A DNA stretch of 64,000 nucleotides from Candidatus Caldarchaeum sp. (GCA_033580815.1 JAVQUC010000002.1:4259-68258); one strand, 5' to 3'; positions 40,050 through 50,362 are shown, numbered from the stretch's first letter. A program made the numbers and translations. Notes: generated by a model from the letters alone, not told the origin.

Positions 40050-40598
40050 GTGCATGGGTTGGAGTTCCCGGTATGTATCTTCGACCTGAAAACCGGTGTC
40101 CTGTGCAGCAAATGCGAGCAGAAACTGCGCGCCGGAGAACTGACGGAGACCGACCTGCAGATAATGCGTTTCTTGGTTGATGCTGAGAAAAAAATTCCCC
40201 AAATTTCATCTTTTGTATACTTTAAAAGTTATAAGACATCCGGATATCTGTTTGTTTTCTTTTTGGAGAGGAGTTTATCATCGTCTCCGGCCAACGTGGT
40301 GGCTGAGTTAGAGAAAGCATTGTCGCAGAAAACTGGGTTGAAGGTGAAGTTGTTGGAGCTCCGTAAAGATTTGAACGTTTTTCTCCAAAACCTCGTCGCT
40401 CCGGCCCGTGTCTTGACAGTCAACAAAGTTTGGCTCCCAGACCAAACCACCGAGCTCAGGGTGTTAGTTGACGACGAAAAGTCTCTAACGGTGTCTCCAG
40501 CCATCTTGTCGGAAGTGGTTAAACACGTCATGAACGTTTCAGTAAGCTTCGAATTCCAGAGAAAAGGCCGTCAACCTCTGACTCGTCCGGCTAGGTGA
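40050..40598 (+). CDS. NusA-like paralog with N-terminal Cys motif
   Basis: PVCIFDLKTGVLCSKCE; PARVLTVNKVWLPD; KH-like C-terminus. Confidence 0.6.
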   Translation: MHGLEFPVCIFDLKTGVLCSKCEQKLRAGELTETDLQIMRFLVDAEKKIPQISSFVYFKSYKTSGYLFVFFLERSLSSSPANVVAELEKALSQKTGLKVKLLELRKDLNVFLQNLVAPARVLTVNKVWLPDQTTELRVLVDDEKSLTVSPAILSEVVKHVMNVSVSFEFQRKGRQPLTRPAR

Positions 40599-41926
40599 TC
40601 GAGGTGATTGAGCCGCGGATAAAGGAATTCTTGAAAGCACGAGTGATGGCCGGTGACGTGGCTCCGGAGCTCGACGGCCGTCGCGTCAACTTGTTTGGAT
40701 GGGTGCATGAAATCCGGGACCTCGGTAAACTTGTCTTCCTCGTTCTTAGAGATGTTTCGGGGATGTGTCAGATAGTTTTTAGGATGGACGAACTCGGAGA
40801 AAAGGCTAGGTCAGTTGTAAAGGACATCAAAAATGAATCGGTCGTCTACGTCAGCGGTGTGGTTGTTAAACAGCCAAAATCTAGGCTGGGTGTAGAAGTA
40901 GTCGCTGATTCTGTCGAGATTTTGGGACAAGCGGTTCCGAAGCTAGAATACGACCCGACGGGCAAAGTCCCGGCGAGCATGGATGTGAGGCTAAAGCATA
41001 GAGTCCTCGACCTAAGAAGACCAGAAGTTAAGACAGTCTTTATAATTGGCAGCCATGTCCTCAAAGCTCTCAGGGATTTTTTCCACCAAAACGGGTTCGT
41101 CGAGGTGAGGACTCCCAAGATAATCGCGTCTGCTACAGAAGGAGGTGCAGCACTTTTCGAAATAAAATATTTTGACAGGACGGCCTTTCTCGCCCAAAGT
41201 CCGCAGCTCTATAAGGAGCAGCTCACAACTGTTTTCGAGAAGGTCTTCGAAATAGGCCCGTTCTTCAGAGCCGAAGAATCCCATACACGACGGCACATAA
41301 GCGAGTTTACTTCGGTCGACATTGAGCAGGCTTTCGCAGACATGTATGATGTGATGAAGGTTCTGGAGGATGCGGTGGTCTACGTTCATAAGACTATTTT
41401 GGAAAAATGTGACAAGCAGTTGAAGGAACTCGGTGTCACCCTTCGGGTTCCCAAAACTCCCTTCCCTAGAATAACATACGATGAAGCCTTGGAGTTGTTG
41501 AGGCAGGAGGGCGAGACGGTCAAATGGGGTGAAGATTTCAGCACACCACAACTCAGAACACTTGGCAAAAAATTCACCAGCTACTACTTCATCACCGATT
41601 TTCCCTCCGAGATAAAGCCCTTTTACATTCAGGCGAAGGCTGAAAATCCGACTTTGTCCGAGTCTTTCGACCTCATGTTCCAATGGCTTGAGCTTGCGTC
41701 TGGAGGAACTCGCGTCTCCGACCACGATGTTTTGGTGCGTAAGCTGGTTGAGAAGGGTCTTGACCCTAGGATGTTTGAGGACCATTTGAAAGTGTTCCGA
41801 TACGGAATGCCTGTTCACGCAGGATGGGGCCTCGGGTTTGAAAGGCTCTTGATGGTGTTGACCAGAAGAACCAACATAAGGGAGACGGTTTTGTATCCAC
41901 GGGACAGGTTTAGGTTGACTCCTTGA
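40595..41926 (+). CDS. aspS: Aspartyl-tRNA synthetase (archaeal type)
   Basis: GWVHEIRDLG OB fold, RVLDLRR, LAQSPQLYK, FRAEES, GWGLGFERL. Confidence 0.95.
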   Translation: MIEVIEPRIKEFLKARVMAGDVAPELDGRRVNLFGWVHEIRDLGKLVFLVLRDVSGMCQIVFRMDELGEKARSVVKDIKNESVVYVSGVVVKQPKSRLGVEVVADSVEILGQAVPKLEYDPTGKVPASMDVRLKHRVLDLRRPEVKTVFIIGSHVLKALRDFFHQNGFVEVRTPKIIASATEGGAALFEIKYFDRTAFLAQSPQLYKEQLTTVFEKVFEIGPFFRAEESHTRRHISEFTSVDIEQAFADMYDVMKVLEDAVVYVHKTILEKCDKQLKELGVTLRVPKTPFPRITYDEALELLRQEGETVKWGEDFSTPQLRTLGKKFTSYYFITDFPSEIKPFYIQAKAENPTLSESFDLMFQWLELASGGTRVSDHDVLVRKLVEKGLDPRMFEDHLKVFRYGMPVHAGWGLGFERLLMVLTRRTNIRETVLYPRDRFRLTP

Positions 41927-42392
41927 GTTGAGCCGGTCTGTGGTACTGTCTCTGAAAGTAGATTAGGGGTTGGTCGTTCGAAAGAATCCTAAAGTTTCTG
42001 ACTAGTCCGAGGATTATGTTGTGCGTTGAGGCCTCGATGTGGTTGTAGACTTCGCAGAAAAGAGTACCAATAACTCCCTCGATGACCGGGTAACCGTTTT
42101 CTTCGACACGGTATTTCACCTTCTCGAATCTTTCGTGGTGGGGTGCGTAGGCGAACAGGTCTGATACAAATGATTGTTTTTCGGACAATAGGTTGACGCA
42201 AAAACGTCTGGTTTCAAGAATCTTATTGCACGTCTGGGTCGTTTTCTCGAGCACTACTAGGACTAAGGGAGGGTCCAGGCTAACTGAGGTGAATGAGCTG
42301 ACAGTCATTCCATGAGATTTCACACCGTCATGGGTGGTGACGATAGTGACGGCCTGAGGGACTCTGCGCATAAAATCTCTTAGATCTGTCAT
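41910..42392 (-). CDS. Flavin reductase-like protein
   Basis: AVTIVTT, GMTVSSFTSVSLDPPLV, FCVNLL, STHNIILG, PLIY. Confidence 0.9.
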   Translation of the reverse strand: MTDLRDFMRRVPQAVTIVTTHDGVKSHGMTVSSFTSVSLDPPLVLVVLEKTTQTCNKILETRRFCVNLLSEKQSFVSDLFAYAPHHERFEKVKYRVEENGYPVIEGVIGTLFCEVYNHIEASTHNIILGLVRNFRILSNDQPLIYFQRQYHRPAQLKEST

Positions 42393-42439
42393 TTGAGTGA
42401 AGGCGCTGGCCCTCGAATATTAACCATGAGCCATCTACG

Positions 42440-42943
42440 TCATTCCTTAACAGTGAACATCGTATGGGTCGATGTCATGTTAACCTCGGTTAACAACCAA
42501 AGGCGTTTAAACACCCTGTTGAAGAAGTCGTCTCTCGCCTCCTCTGCGACGCTGACAACAACATCCCAAGTGCCAAACAACTCGTGGGCTTCAAGAACTT
42601 CGTCAATCGAAATTAGATATTTCTCCCAGAGCTTGGGAGCGGATGGCCTCCTCATCTTGATGAAAATGTAAGCACATTTTCTTCTTTTCGAAGCTCCCTC
42701 TTTCTCGAACGATAGACCACCTTCGTTAACTATCAAGCTGTTGGTGTCGGTTACTCCATGTGTTCGCATAGCGTCTAGGATGCTGTTCAGATGTTTGAGG
42801 GATTCTGCCGTTACCTTGGATAAGACATCGTACGGCCCCCATATCAAGTAGCTTTCCTCGATGTTTCTATCGCTTCTTAGGGATGTAATCGTTTCGATTA
42901 ATCCGCTTCGCGTTCCAACTGTTCCAAGAACGAACGCTTTCAT
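42440..42943 (-). CDS. Tandem Lrp/AsnC ligand-binding (RAM) domain protein without HTH
   Basis: Two repeats KAFVL..IWGPYDVL and CAYIFI..LFGTWDVV..THT. Confidence 0.7.
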   Translation of the reverse strand: MKAFVLGTVGTRSGLIETITSLRSDRNIEESYLIWGPYDVLSKVTAESLKHLNSILDAMRTHGVTDTNSLIVNEGGLSFEKEGASKRRKCAYIFIKMRRPSAPKLWEKYLISIDEVLEAHELFGTWDVVVSVAEEARDDFFNRVFKRLWLLTEVNMTSTHTMFTVKE

Positions 42944-42970
42944 GAGTCGAGTATCTTAGCAGAGGATATT

Positions 42971-43870
42971 TTAGCTTTCGGGCCGTCTCATAGCGAGAGC
43001 CGCCGCCCCGAGGAGTGGTGCATCGTTACCGAGTGCCGTGATGGTTATCTTCGCTTTCAAAAGGCCGAATCTTTTGAGAAACCTAACAGGCTTCGCTACT
43101 GTTTCCGTTGGATGGCTAAGGGCCAGGCCTCCACCTACTAATACTATTTCGGGGTCGAAACAGTTGATGACTGAGGCGAAGCCGGCGGCGTTGTAAACCG
43201 CCATTTTTTCGATCACAGCGGAAGCCCGAACGTCTCCCTGCCGTGCTGCTTCGAATATCTCCCTTGAAGTCTTCCAGAGAGGTTTTCTGAACATTTCCTC
43301 GCCCAGCTTGGGCAACCCATTTCCGGAGCACAGACCTTCCCAGTGACCCAGACCGCCGCAGCCACATCTCACTCTGGAGAAGGCATCGACCACGATGTGA
43401 CCGATTTCGACCGCGTTTCCATCCTTGCCAACAAGCAGATGGTCGTCGACAACCGCTCCACCACCTATCCCGGTGCTTAAAGTAATGTACAGTATGTTTT
43501 GAGATTTGCGGCCGGCTCCGAAAGTTCTTTCGCCCCAAGCCGCCGCCGTACAGTCGTTCATCATCACAAAAGGCCCCTTGTGAATATTTTCGACGATATC
43601 CCTCAACTTCACGTTAAACCTTCCGAGGTTAGGTGGATGAACCAAAATTCCCCTCTTAATCGAGAGCGGCCCAACGGTTGCAACCCCGACAGGACTTTTC
43701 TTCGAAATTCCGGATGAGTATAGGAACCTAAAGCCCTGTTCGAAAATACGGTTAATTTCATTAGGCTTCTTCGGTGTCGCGAACACAATCTTTTTAGTGA
43801 TTATGCCTCCGGGTGTGACTATTCCGAACCTCGTGTAGGTTGCGCCAAAATCTATTCCGATGACGTCCAC
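42971..43870 (-). CDS. ROK-family sugar kinase
   Basis: GIDFGAT, MNDCTAAAWGE, STGIGGG, EIGH, CGCGGLGHWE. Confidence 0.9.
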   Translation of the reverse strand: MDVIGIDFGATYTRFGIVTPGGIITKKIVFATPKKPNEINRIFEQGFRFLYSSGISKKSPVGVATVGPLSIKRGILVHPPNLGRFNVKLRDIVENIHKGPFVMMNDCTAAAWGERTFGAGRKSQNILYITLSTGIGGGAVVDDHLLVGKDGNAVEIGHIVVDAFSRVRCGCGGLGHWEGLCSGNGLPKLGEEMFRKPLWKTSREIFEAARQGDVRASAVIEKMAVYNAAGFASVINCFDPEIVLVGGGLALSHPTETVAKPVRFLKRFGLLKAKITITALGNDAPLLGAAALAMRRPES

Positions 43871-45234
43871 GTCACATCAATGTATTTACCTGGGTTAAGT
43901 ATGTTGTTGGGGTCGAATACTTTCTTCAACCCCTGCATTAGGTAAAGTGTCTGGATTCCGTTGTGAGCTGCGAGCTGTTTGACCAAATCTTTTCTCTTCT
44001 GTAAACCAATTCCATGTTCACCTGTTACCGTTCCGTTTACATCAATCGCGAATTGGACGAGCTCATCAACTGCCTTCTCAAGCTTGGCCACCTCCTCAGG
44101 ATTGTCAGGATCGAAAAGTATTGTTGGATGAATGTTGCCGTCTCCAGCGTGCCCATTTAGGCAGATTTTCAACCCGTATTTTTCTGACAGTTGCCTAACT
44201 TTTCTCAAGTATTCTACTATGCGGTCGATCGGGACGCAAACATCCTCTATAAGAGCCTGCTTTGCCAGTGCTTTGATCGCCAAATACATCGTAGCCCGCA
44301 GCTGCAACAGCATCTCCGCCTCGTCAGGGTCTTCAGCCACCTTCACCATCTTGACGTTATTCTCCCTAAGAATAGAAAGGGTTTTTTCCAGCGCTTTCCC
44401 GTCAAAGTCTTCGACATCGATTAAGAGCATGGCTTCGCTGGCGTAGAGGTTTGTGCCGTGCATCTTGTTAGCGGCCTCCAGCGCGAAGCGGTCGAAGAAT
44501 TCTAACATCCTCGGAATTATGCGGTTTCTTCGGATTTCTATGATAGTCCGCCCTGCATCCTGCCAATCGTCGAACACAGCGTATATCCGGTGTATCGGGA
44601 CTTCGGTTATGGGCGCTATTTTTAACCAAGCTTCGACTATGACGCCTAGAGTTCCTTCGCTTCCGACCATGAGCTGGGCGAGGTTATAGCCGGCCCTGTT
44701 TTTCGCTAATGGCTCTCCGAAAACAACGACCTCTCCCGATGGGAGAACAACCTTAAGTGCTAAGACCCAGTCCTTCACCGTGCCGTATTTGACGCATCTG
44801 AGCCCACCCGCCCCTTCAGCGATTGCGCCGCCGACGGTGCAGATGAAACTGCTCGCTGGGTCTGGAGGGAAGAAGAAACCATGTTTTTCTAATTCTTTGT
44901 TCAGCTCGTCTAGTATGACTCCTGTTTCGACCTGGGCATAGTAGTTGACGGTGTCTATTTTCAAGATTCTATTCATGTTTGAAACGTCCAGAATCAAGCC
45001 TTCTGAAACCACCGCACCTGTCAAACTGGTGCCCGCCCCCCAAACGGTTACGGCTAATCTTTTCTCGTTGCAGTATTTCAGAGTCTTCGAGACATCTTCC
45101 ACACTAAAGGCCTTGACCACGACCGTGGGTTTTTTGGAAAAGCCCCCCATATCGGTCGAATATTTTTGTAGAATCTCCTCATCGCAAAAGACTTTAGATT
45201 CGCCCAAAATTTCTCTCAATTCGTCAACAATCAT
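43852..45234 (-). CDS. FAD-linked oxidase, GlcD/D-lactate dehydrogenase family
   Basis: GAGTSLTG, FPPDPAS, VKYG, GSEGTLG, GHAGDGNIH, GEHGIG, LNPGK. Confidence 0.9.
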   Translation of the reverse strand: MIVDELREILGESKVFCDEEILQKYSTDMGGFSKKPTVVVKAFSVEDVSKTLKYCNEKRLAVTVWGAGTSLTGAVVSEGLILDVSNMNRILKIDTVNYYAQVETGVILDELNKELEKHGFFFPPDPASSFICTVGGAIAEGAGGLRCVKYGTVKDWVLALKVVLPSGEVVVFGEPLAKNRAGYNLAQLMVGSEGTLGVIVEAWLKIAPITEVPIHRIYAVFDDWQDAGRTIIEIRRNRIIPRMLEFFDRFALEAANKMHGTNLYASEAMLLIDVEDFDGKALEKTLSILRENNVKMVKVAEDPDEAEMLLQLRATMYLAIKALAKQALIEDVCVPIDRIVEYLRKVRQLSEKYGLKICLNGHAGDGNIHPTILFDPDNPEEVAKLEKAVDELVQFAIDVNGTVTGEHGIGLQKRKDLVKQLAAHNGIQTLYLMQGLKKVFDPNNILNPGKYIDVTWTSSE

Positions 45235-45284
45235 GCACAGGCACCGAAAACATTGATTTGAATCTGCTAAAAGAGTTTACTGTC

Positions 45285-46040
45285 TCACGGGTCTTTCAGG
45301 GCGTGTTTTATTTCTTCAAGATGTTGTTTCGACCTGTGGAGCTTGTATTTTTTAAGCAGGTCGATCGTGTACGGGTCTTTACTTTTTTGAGGATTGATTT
45401 TGCGAATCAGGAATGATGCGAACGCGGTGACGTTTCGCGGTTTTCTGGTTTGGGAGGCGTGACTGTAGTCTATTATCACGGGCTTCTGAAATGCCGAAAC
45501 TATGACGTGATCTGAAGCGTTTACGAGTTGTCCATGGTCTAAATGGATGCCGTCGAGTCGATAAGTTTGTTCAAAAACTTCGTCGATGACGGCGGCTATG
45601 TTTTCGGAAATACCAGGTTGGATGACTGTTCCCAGGTTCACACCTTCGACATATTCCATCACTATTACGTTTGTAGACCACGTGAGGAGCTTAGGCCCAA
45701 CGTCGATCGTGTTAGCCTTCAGCTGGTTCTCTGCTTCATGCTTCATAGTCTTTACCGCGGCATCTTGTCTGAGAATTTTTACAGCCACGTTTTTTCCGCC
45801 GGCTTGTCCGAGGAACACCATCCCCCGCACTCCTTTCCCAACGAGGAATGGAACCGTGCGGCCAGCTAATTCATGAAAGGCCAACAGCGCGACACCGTCG
45901 TTTAACAACTCGGAAATCATTTGAGAAACTCTTTGGGCACTGCCTGTTGGATAAGCGAGCAGCCTTAGGTCGACGCCTTCACACTCGACCGTAAGGGAAT
46001 CTAGTTCGATGAAACGTATGCCGCCACGTACTGAGGACAT
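45285..46040 (-). CDS. RIO-like Ser/Thr protein kinase
   Basis: GKGVRGMV, VAVKI, HEA, VMEYVEG, DHGQL, IIDY. Confidence 0.75.
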   Translation of the reverse strand: MSSVRGGIRFIELDSLTVECEGVDLRLLAYPTGSAQRVSQMISELLNDGVALLAFHELAGRTVPFLVGKGVRGMVFLGQAGGKNVAVKILRQDAAVKTMKHEAENQLKANTIDVGPKLLTWSTNVIVMEYVEGVNLGTVIQPGISENIAAVIDEVFEQTYRLDGIHLDHGQLVNASDHVIVSAFQKPVIIDYSHASQTRKPRNVTAFASFLIRKINPQKSKDPYTIDLLKKYKLHRSKQHLEEIKHALKDP

Positions 46041-47353
46041 GTCCGGATAAAATCTCCGAAGAACCCTTTTTCTTCATCGGTTAGTTCACCGAATAAACTA
46101 TTCAAATCGGGATAGATTTTAGCTTGTTTAAGGTATGGCCTCAGTTCTCGGGAAACAGCTGTTTTCCCTCTCTCAATTAGCGAATGCAGTGTTTGAACCG
46201 CGTCGACGTGCTTCCTCTCAAGCAGTGAATACAGTCGGTCGCCTTCAACCCATGGATGAGCCAGCAACCCTCTCTTCTTCAGCTGTTCATCGATGAAATC
46301 AACAGCAGTATCCGCCCAAACCGGAGGCCCCCGATTGAGGTACACTCTTGGTAGATGGTGCGATTCGAGCTCAAACACGAGGAAACCCCTCCTGCTATCG
46401 GCCCAGCGGTCACTTCTCAAAACCCTAAAGCCCGAAAGATCCAAACCTCTACGAATCCCCTCCATAGTTTTGTTAAGCTCACCCCATAGAACATCCGGTG
46501 GTCGGTCGGGCAGTTCCATCACAACCGCTAAAAAATTCCTTCCGTTCATCAATGCCTGAAGTGAGGTTTTCCCGAGGAAGAATTTTCGAGACGGTTTTCT
46601 GAGGAAAAGTTTTGACTTCATTATGAAATTCGATAAAGTGGTTAAGGAGACTGCGGCTGCTGTGTTGCGTTGGGGGTCTACCGGGTCTCGTAGGAACAGA
46701 GGAGCAGCGGCTGGGTATGGTTCTGGGTCTAGCATGACCGGCGGCTTCCAACGGCTCGCCTCTTCGACCAAACCCATGAAAGAGCCAGAACGAAGAATCA
46801 ATAATTCGCAGACATAGCCGCTGAAACCTTTCACCTTAACTTCAGCCCCGTAAAGGCCATCGTTCATCAAAAACGCCTTAAGGAGTCTAACTTCATCCGC
46901 TTTTTGTTCCGTTAGATGTTTTTTGACGTAACGAGTGTGGTATGGTGTGCGGTCGACGGGTGTTATCCATTTGCCGTAGTCGGCGTCGTAACACGGGACT
47001 ATGTTTACACGAATTCCTTCCACGAAGCCCTCGACGTAGGGATGATTGGCGTAGCGAAGCCGGTAGGTGCCGTTCTCGTCGCGAACTGCCTTGACGCCGT
47101 TTTCGACAACCAGCTGACAAGCATTTTCGACAGGGAAAGATTTCTCGAAATGAACGAAAATATCAGCCTCTTCGCGGCCGCGAACCATTGTCCCCTTTGC
47201 GAACGACCCCTCCAATGATATTCTGCCCGCGCCGAACGCCGCCTCAAGCCGTTTTACGAGACGGTCAGCGACCGCCTCGACTTTCTCTATCGTTTCGGGC
47301 AATGGCCGCAACTCTTCCTTAACCTCCTGCAGCAACTGGACTAGGTTTGTCAA
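46001..47353 (-). CDS. cca: CCA-adding enzyme (class I)
   Basis: GSFAKGT..EADIF, YANHPY, VPCY, DRTPYH, VRLLKAF, GFSGY..ELL, DPVDP.RN. Confidence 0.93.
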   Translation of the reverse strand: MTNLVQLLQEVKEELRPLPETIEKVEAVADRLVKRLEAAFGAGRISLEGSFAKGTMVRGREEADIFVHFEKSFPVENACQLVVENGVKAVRDENGTYRLRYANHPYVEGFVEGIRVNIVPCYDADYGKWITPVDRTPYHTRYVKKHLTEQKADEVRLLKAFLMNDGLYGAEVKVKGFSGYVCELLILRSGSFMGLVEEASRWKPPVMLDPEPYPAAAPLFLRDPVDPQRNTAAAVSLTTLSNFIMKSKLFLRKPSRKFFLGKTSLQALMNGRNFLAVVMELPDRPPDVLWGELNKTMEGIRRGLDLSGFRVLRSDRWADSRRGFLVFELESHHLPRVYLNRGPPVWADTAVDFIDEQLKKRGLLAHPWVEGDRLYSLLERKHVDAVQTLHSLIERGKTAVSRELRPYLKQAKIYPDLNSLFGELTDEEKGFFGDFIRTCPQYVAAYVSSN

Positions 47354-47901
47354 ATTTTTTTCACCGCTAAATCCGAATACACCGGACCCGTAGATGTCAG
47401 TACGCTCTTCTTCAAAGATATTTTTTCAACGCGTTGGTTGCCGAAGGTCGTTGGCACATTTTTCGCGATGGCCTCGAGCAGACCTGCCTTGTTTCTGACA
47501 AACTTGACACGGCAAACCGTGAGGTGAGGAACGAATTTGTCATCCTCCAGCCGGAAAGACGGAAGCCTTCTCTTCAGGTTACTGTGGATATTTTTCAGTT
47601 CTTCCACACCACTTCTTATCCCCACCCAGATCACGTTTATTCGACTGCCTCCCGGAAAATATCCCGTCCCTCCAAACTCTATTTCAAAGGACTTTGATTC
47701 GATGGTTTCCAACGCTTTTGCCGCAAGGTTTACTTCGGCTTCGTTTAGTTCCCCTAGGAAAAGAAGTGTGATGTGAAGGTTTTCAGGCTCGACGGGCTTC
47801 AGCCCATTCGCTCCTACTCTTAACAACTCGTTTTGAAAACTAACGATGTTTCTGACGACGGATTCTTCCTCAACGTCGACGGCGAAAAAAGCTCTAACCA
47901 C
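47350..47901 (-). CDS. thpR: RNA 2',3'-cyclic phosphodiesterase (LigT/ThpR, 2H family)
   Basis: Two HxT motifs (LHITL, PHLTV), SVLTSTGPVY. Confidence 0.9.
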   Translation of the reverse strand: MVRAFFAVDVEEESVVRNIVSFQNELLRVGANGLKPVEPENLHITLLFLGELNEAEVNLAAKALETIESKSFEIEFGGTGYFPGGSRINVIWVGIRSGVEELKNIHSNLKRRLPSFRLEDDKFVPHLTVCRVKFVRNKAGLLEAIAKNVPTTFGNQRVEKISLKKSVLTSTGPVYSDLAVKKI

Positions 47902-48568
47902 CTAGGCTTCGCCTCCTCAAGCTGATCAATCTATCAGATATCTCCCGAGAAAGAACGTCAACCATGTTTTCTGGGTTGAAAATTTTCCAAACCTGATGGG
48001 GCCGCCATTCCGAATAGACGTTGTAGTAGTGTTCCACTCTTTCCTGGAGCTCCTCGTCTCTTTCAAACTGGATGTCTGAGGACGGCGTTTTTTGGGCCGT
48101 GCGTTGCTTTCTTGTTTGGGGGTCCACGGTGACTATGATGACGAGGTCGGGCCCGACAAAAACGTTTGTTCCAAGCTCTTCGATCGTCTCGAAAAATTTC
48201 TTGAATTTCTCCGCGTCAAGTAAGCTACTGTTTCTCTTGGCCGTCAACGAAAAACCGTAGACGACTGAACAGAGGTAGTATCGGTCTATGTGGAGAAAAT
48301 CAGGCTTTTTCTCCTCGATCAATCTTCTTATTACCCTGCTGTCGTCCGACGTGTTTGCAAGGAAGAGAAACATCCTAGTTAGTGAATCTATCGTCGGCGT
48401 GTTTCCGTGTTGCTGAGCAAACAATCCGGTAGGGGAATTGCTGGGGGTTTTGTACGTTTCGACAGAGTAGCCGAGCTCAAACTGTCTACGAGCAACGGCA
48501 TTGAGCAAAGTTGTTTTACCTGACCCATCCACACCCTCCCAGACAACGATGAATGTGTTTCCGAGCAT
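47894..48568 (-). CDS. tmk: Thymidylate kinase-family protein
   Basis: EGVDGSGKTT P-loop, DRYY..VVYG, PDLVI. Confidence 0.75.
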   Translation of the reverse strand: MLGNTFIVVWEGVDGSGKTTLLNAVARRQFELGYSVETYKTPSNSPTGLFAQQHGNTPTIDSLTRMFLFLANTSDDSRVIRRLIEEKKPDFLHIDRYYLCSVVYGFSLTAKRNSSLLDAEKFKKFFETIEELGTNVFVGPDLVIIVTVDPQTRKQRTAQKTPSSDIQFERDEELQERVEHYYNVYSEWRPHQVWKIFNPENMVDVLSREISDRLISLRRRSLGG

Positions 48569-48644
48569 CCAAACACTCTTTTAGCCAATTTTTATTAAGT
48601 GTTTGTCGCCGAAAGTTTAAAAACGTCTCAGCTTCAAGATTTAA

Positions 48645-49070
48645 ATGGGCAATATGCCAGTAACTTTACGCGTTAGAGATATCATGGATAAAAAAGTGGT
48701 AGAGGTTGATGAGAATACCTCTATTGCAGATGTCATAAAGGCGATGATGCAGAATGAAGTTTGGTCCGTCGTCGTGACGAGGCATAAGCTTCCAGTTGGA
48801 GTTGTGACTGAACGCGATATAATCCGCAGATGCATCGCAAGGGGCTGCGCCCTGACGATGAAGGTCGGCGAGATCATGTCCTCGCCCATAGAAACCATAT
48901 CACCGGATGCAACTCTTGGTGAGGCAATGGCAAAGCTGGTTGAGAAAAACATCCGCCGGCTGTTTGTCGTAGAGAACGGAAAAATCATAGGCCGGGTTAC
49001 CCAAACGGAGTTGTTTGAGAATACCTTAAACGTCATGATGGTGTTGTCAGCGCTGAAGTCTCAGCTTTGA
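48645..49070 (+). CDS. CBS-domain pair protein
   Basis: VRDIM, GVVTERDI, VGEIMS, IRRLFVV, GRVTQ. Confidence 0.9.
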   Translation: MGNMPVTLRVRDIMDKKVVEVDENTSIADVIKAMMQNEVWSVVVTRHKLPVGVVTERDIIRRCIARGCALTMKVGEIMSSPIETISPDATLGEAMAKLVEKNIRRLFVVENGKIIGRVTQTELFENTLNVMMVLSALKSQL

Positions 49071-49444
49071 AAGTCGTGGTTTACGCCAGAGCCGTAGTTC
49101 ATCCAACGGAAGATAAACTAAAGGTGACTCAAGCCCTTCTTAACGTTTTTCCCACTGCCTCGATCACTGGCGGAGAAGGCGAGGTATTGGCGAAAATCGA
49201 ATCGTTAAAAGGTTTGGAAAAGATGAAAATGATAATTCGGTCACGTCGGATTAGAAACACGGTGAAAACGCTGCTATCCAGAGGAATCGAAGGAAACAGG
49301 ATAGTCTTCTATTTGAACAAGCAAGCCGCCGCGGCGGGCAAGCTGTCTTTCTATGAAAAGGGTGAGGTGATGGCTCTCGGACCTGTGGAGGTCGTGGTTG
49401 AAACCGACGACCCGTCAGGATTTATCAACTGGTTGACCGAGTAG
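49067..49444 (+). CDS. Conserved archaeal predicted RNA-binding protein (DUF54-like)
   Basis: VHPTED..KV..AL.N.FP, LNKQAA..GKLSF, LGPV. Confidence 0.75.
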   Translation: MKVVVYARAVVHPTEDKLKVTQALLNVFPTASITGGEGEVLAKIESLKGLEKMKMIIRSRRIRNTVKTLLSRGIEGNRIVFYLNKQAAAAGKLSFYEKGEVMALGPVEVVVETDDPSGFINWLTE

Positions 49445-49447
49445 AAC

Positions 49448-50362
49448 CTATGGAAAGGGGACAGAGTAGGAGAGGAAATCTTCAGCAACATAAGTCTCAG
49501 GAAAAACAGCACGCGCCTCCAGTAGAAGCATGTCTGTTTCCTCGTATCTTGGGCTGATGTGAAAAAGATACAACCTTTTAACCGCTGCCTTAACAGCTGT
49601 TTTGGCCGCGTCCTCAGCCGTTGAATGGCCTTCCTCTAACGCCTTCGCCCTTAAAGTGCTATCAAAGGTTGAATCGTGGATCAAAACGTCTGCGCCACGG
49701 GATTCTTCAACAACCTGCTGACACGGCCGTGTGTCGCCTGTGTAGACGATTTTTCGACCAGGTCTCGGAGGTTCCATGGCCTCCTCCGGAGTGATCACCC
49801 TTCCCTGGAACTCGATGGAACTTCCTTTCTGAAGCATGCCCCAAAGCGGACCACGGGGAACCTTCAAAGAATCGAGAAATTCGGTTCTCATCCTTCCAGG
49901 CCTTTCATCTTCCTTCAACACAAACCCTAGAGAGAACGAGGTGTGGTCGGTTTTGAAGCATGAAACCGTTGCGTTTTCAATCTTGACCGCGTCGCCTGGC
50001 TTCATCTCCTTTACGACCGTCTTGAAAGTGAGCATGCCTAGCTGCGGTCGCATCACCGCATGGAGGAATTCCGCTGTATTTGGTGGGCCGTATATGTTGA
50101 CGTCCTCTTTTCTTCCGTTCATCGACAGAGTAAACAGCAGTCCTGGAAGGCCTAGGACATGGTCTCCATGGAGATGTGTTAGAAATATGTGGAAACTAGG
50201 TTTAGTCCCTATTCCAGCGTTGATAAACTGTCTCTGGGTGCCCTCTCCACAATCGAGCAACAAAAGAGATGACTTGAGACGGATAGCGATGGCAGGCAGT
50301 CCTCTTTTCTTTGTCGGCATGCCGCCGCTCGTGCCGAGAAACACTAACTTCATCTCACTCAA
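49448..50362 (-). CDS. rnz: Ribonuclease Z
   Basis: FLGTSGGMP, DCGEGTQ, THLHGDH, GP exosite, YTGDTRPC, HDSTF, GHST, HISPRY. Confidence 0.95.
   Translation of the reverse strand: MSEMKLVFLGTSGGMPTKKRGLPAIAIRLKSSLLLLDCGEGTQRQFINAGIGTKPSFHIFLTHLHGDHVLGLPGLLFTLSMNGRKEDVNIYGPPNTAEFLHAVMRPQLGMLTFKTVVKEMKPGDAVKIENATVSCFKTDHTSFSLGFVLKEDERPGRMRTEFLDSLKVPRGPLWGMLQKGSSIEFQGRVITPEEAMEPPRPGRKIVYTGDTRPCQQVVEESRGADVLIHDSTFDSTLRAKALEEGHSTAEDAAKTAVKAAVKRLYLFHISPRYEETDMLLLEARAVFPETYVAEDFLSYSVPFP

Noticed and set aside
41012..41818. Long antisense ORFs (268 aa opposite aspS, 206 aa opposite the BMP gene, 207 aa opposite rnz, several opposite rpoA)
   Set aside because: Shadow frames of well-conserved genes with no motifs
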